From the IMG/VR virus record IMGVR_UViG_3300044676_001308, positions 1-33,597 of that record: DNA of 33,597 nucleotides; one strand, 5' to 3'. A program made the translations under genes and the position numbers. Position 1 is the first letter of the stretch. Every line of letters begins with the position of its first letter. Positions 32,642 to 33,597 of this stretch are shown here, one piece after another. Below the pieces are notes generated by a model, which did not search any database, was not told the origin of the DNA, and saw nothing but the letters and a program-made list of their open reading frames with translations. This DNA comes from a virus. Lineage: Duplodnaviria; Caudoviricetes.

Positions 32642-33597
32642 ATGGCGATCTTTCGTGGAACTGGTAGCGCATCCGCTACAGCCGATCAAACAACGATTGA
32701 TACCGTAACTGAAAAAGCCACTGAAGCGGCGGCATCAGCCACAGCGGCATCAACGTCTGCAACAGCGGCAGAGGCATCTAAAACTGCGGCAGAAGCTCTC
32801 TACGGTGATCTTACTGCTGTTAATACAGCAAAGACAGCGGCTGAAACAGCGGCCACAAATGCAGAGACTGCACAAACTGCCGCAGAAGCGGCTCAATCAG
32901 CCGCAGAGTCTGCAGAATCTAATCTAACTCAAGCGGTCTCAGATGTACAAGATGTCTATGATAATTTTGATGACCGGTATCTAGGAGTTAAAACTTCTGA
33001 TCCTACATTGGATAATGACGGTGATGCGCTTTTAACAGGGGCGTTGTACTTTAACTCGACTGATAATGTAATGCGGGTTTATGACGGTACGGAGTGGTTT
33101 ACAGCCTACGCATCCCTTGCAGGAGCTTTAGTTGCCACTAACAATTTATCAGAGTTAACAAATACTGCAACAGCCATTAGTAATTTAGGTATTACTAAAA
33201 CAGCCGCAGAAATTAATGCGTCTTTATCCTCTGGTGATAACATCTCTACACTGACTAATGACTCTGGGTACATCACAGGCTACACAGTCACGCAGGGAGA
33301 TGTTACAGCGCATCAAGCGGCACTGTCAATTACAGAGTCTCAGATCAGTGACCTGCAGAGTTACCTCACTACAGAAACCAATGATCTCACAGCGGCTGTT
33401 ACATGGGCCAATGTTCCTGATGCAAACATTACTCAGTCTTCTGTTACACAGCATCAAGCGGCCCTGTCTATCACTGAAAGCCAAATCAGTGACTTTGGTA
33501 CATACGAGCCTGTAGATGCTGACATCCTCCGGGCAGACACAGCAGATACAATCACTGCTCCTATGCGTGGCACAGTCACCACAGACAACGATCTGTC
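32642..33597 (+). CDS. Tail fibre protein, 5' part (runs off the window)
   Basis: Hand-translated MAIFRGTG..., Ala/Thr coil, FDDRYLG.K.SDPTLDNDG.AL..GALYFN motif, open to the window end. GGAG SD. Confidence 0.85.
   Translation, partial: MAIFRGTGSASATADQTTIDTVTEKATEAAASATAASTSATAAEASKTAAEALYGDLTAVNTAKTAAETAATNAETAQTAAEAAQSAAESAESNLTQAVSDVQDVYDNFDDRYLGVKTSDPTLDNDGDALLTGALYFNSTDNVMRVYDGTEWFTAYASLAGALVATNNLSELTNTATAISNLGITKTAAEINASLSSGDNISTLTNDSGYITGYTVTQGDVTAHQAALSITESQISDLQSYLTTETNDLTAAVTWANVPDANITQSSVTQHQAALSITESQISDFGTYEPVDADILRADTADTITAPMRGTVTTDNDL
33301..33495 (+). repeat. Two copies of a 54-nt coding repeat (VT.HQAALSITESQISD)
   Basis: 33301-33354 and 33442-33495; differences are mostly synonymous. 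Confidence 0.8.

Noticed and set aside
33301-33495. Fibre repeats as a DGR template/variable pair
   Set aside because: Differences are synonymous and not adenine-specific, and no reverse transcriptase is in the window.
831-33515. Many 60-170 aa antisense or off-frame ORFs in the track (e.g. 6644-6976, 14542-14997, 17621-18118, 29142-29546, 31137-31658, 33258-33515)
   Set aside because: They lie inside well-supported genes, have no SD or recognisable motif, and look like codon-bias shadows.
1-33597. Alternative genetic code, introns or inteins
   Set aside because: TAA, TGA and TAG all end well-supported genes. Polymerase, nrdA, helicase and terL are uninterrupted and of compact length.

Overview
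The window is almost a whole, circularly permuted genome of a T7/P22-mosaic podovirus with a Zobellviridae/SIO1-like two-arm layout, probably marine. The + strand morphogenesis arm starts at about 24.77 kb: terS, endolysin, SAM-methyltransferase-domain protein, terL, portal, scaffold, P22-type capsid and tail fibre (runs off the window end). It continues at 1-12.1 kb with fibre, chaperone, holins, a cluster of very basic microproteins, adaptor, nozzle, short fibre and three ejection proteins. It converges at a terminator (12.11 kb) with a - strand replication arm: primase-helicase, PD-(D/E)xK nuclease, family A polymerase, SSB, exonuclease, HNH, DUF3310 and nrdA/nrdB. No RNA polymerase, integrase, tRNA or CRISPR was seen; both arms carry sigma70-type promoters. 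Most notable: (1) a cassette between terS and terL with a P1-Lyz-like two-cysteine lysozyme, a methyltransferase-domain protein and a shared C-terminal DQxxxPL motif; (2) a 190-bp array of abutting hairpins with a repeated loop motif after nrdA; (3) near-total GCWGC and CCWGG avoidance; (4) six Lys-rich microproteins; (5) an oppositely oriented, AGGCC-enriched GP88 island next to the likely genome end. All family calls are by-eye motif recognition and all counts are manual; no searches were run.
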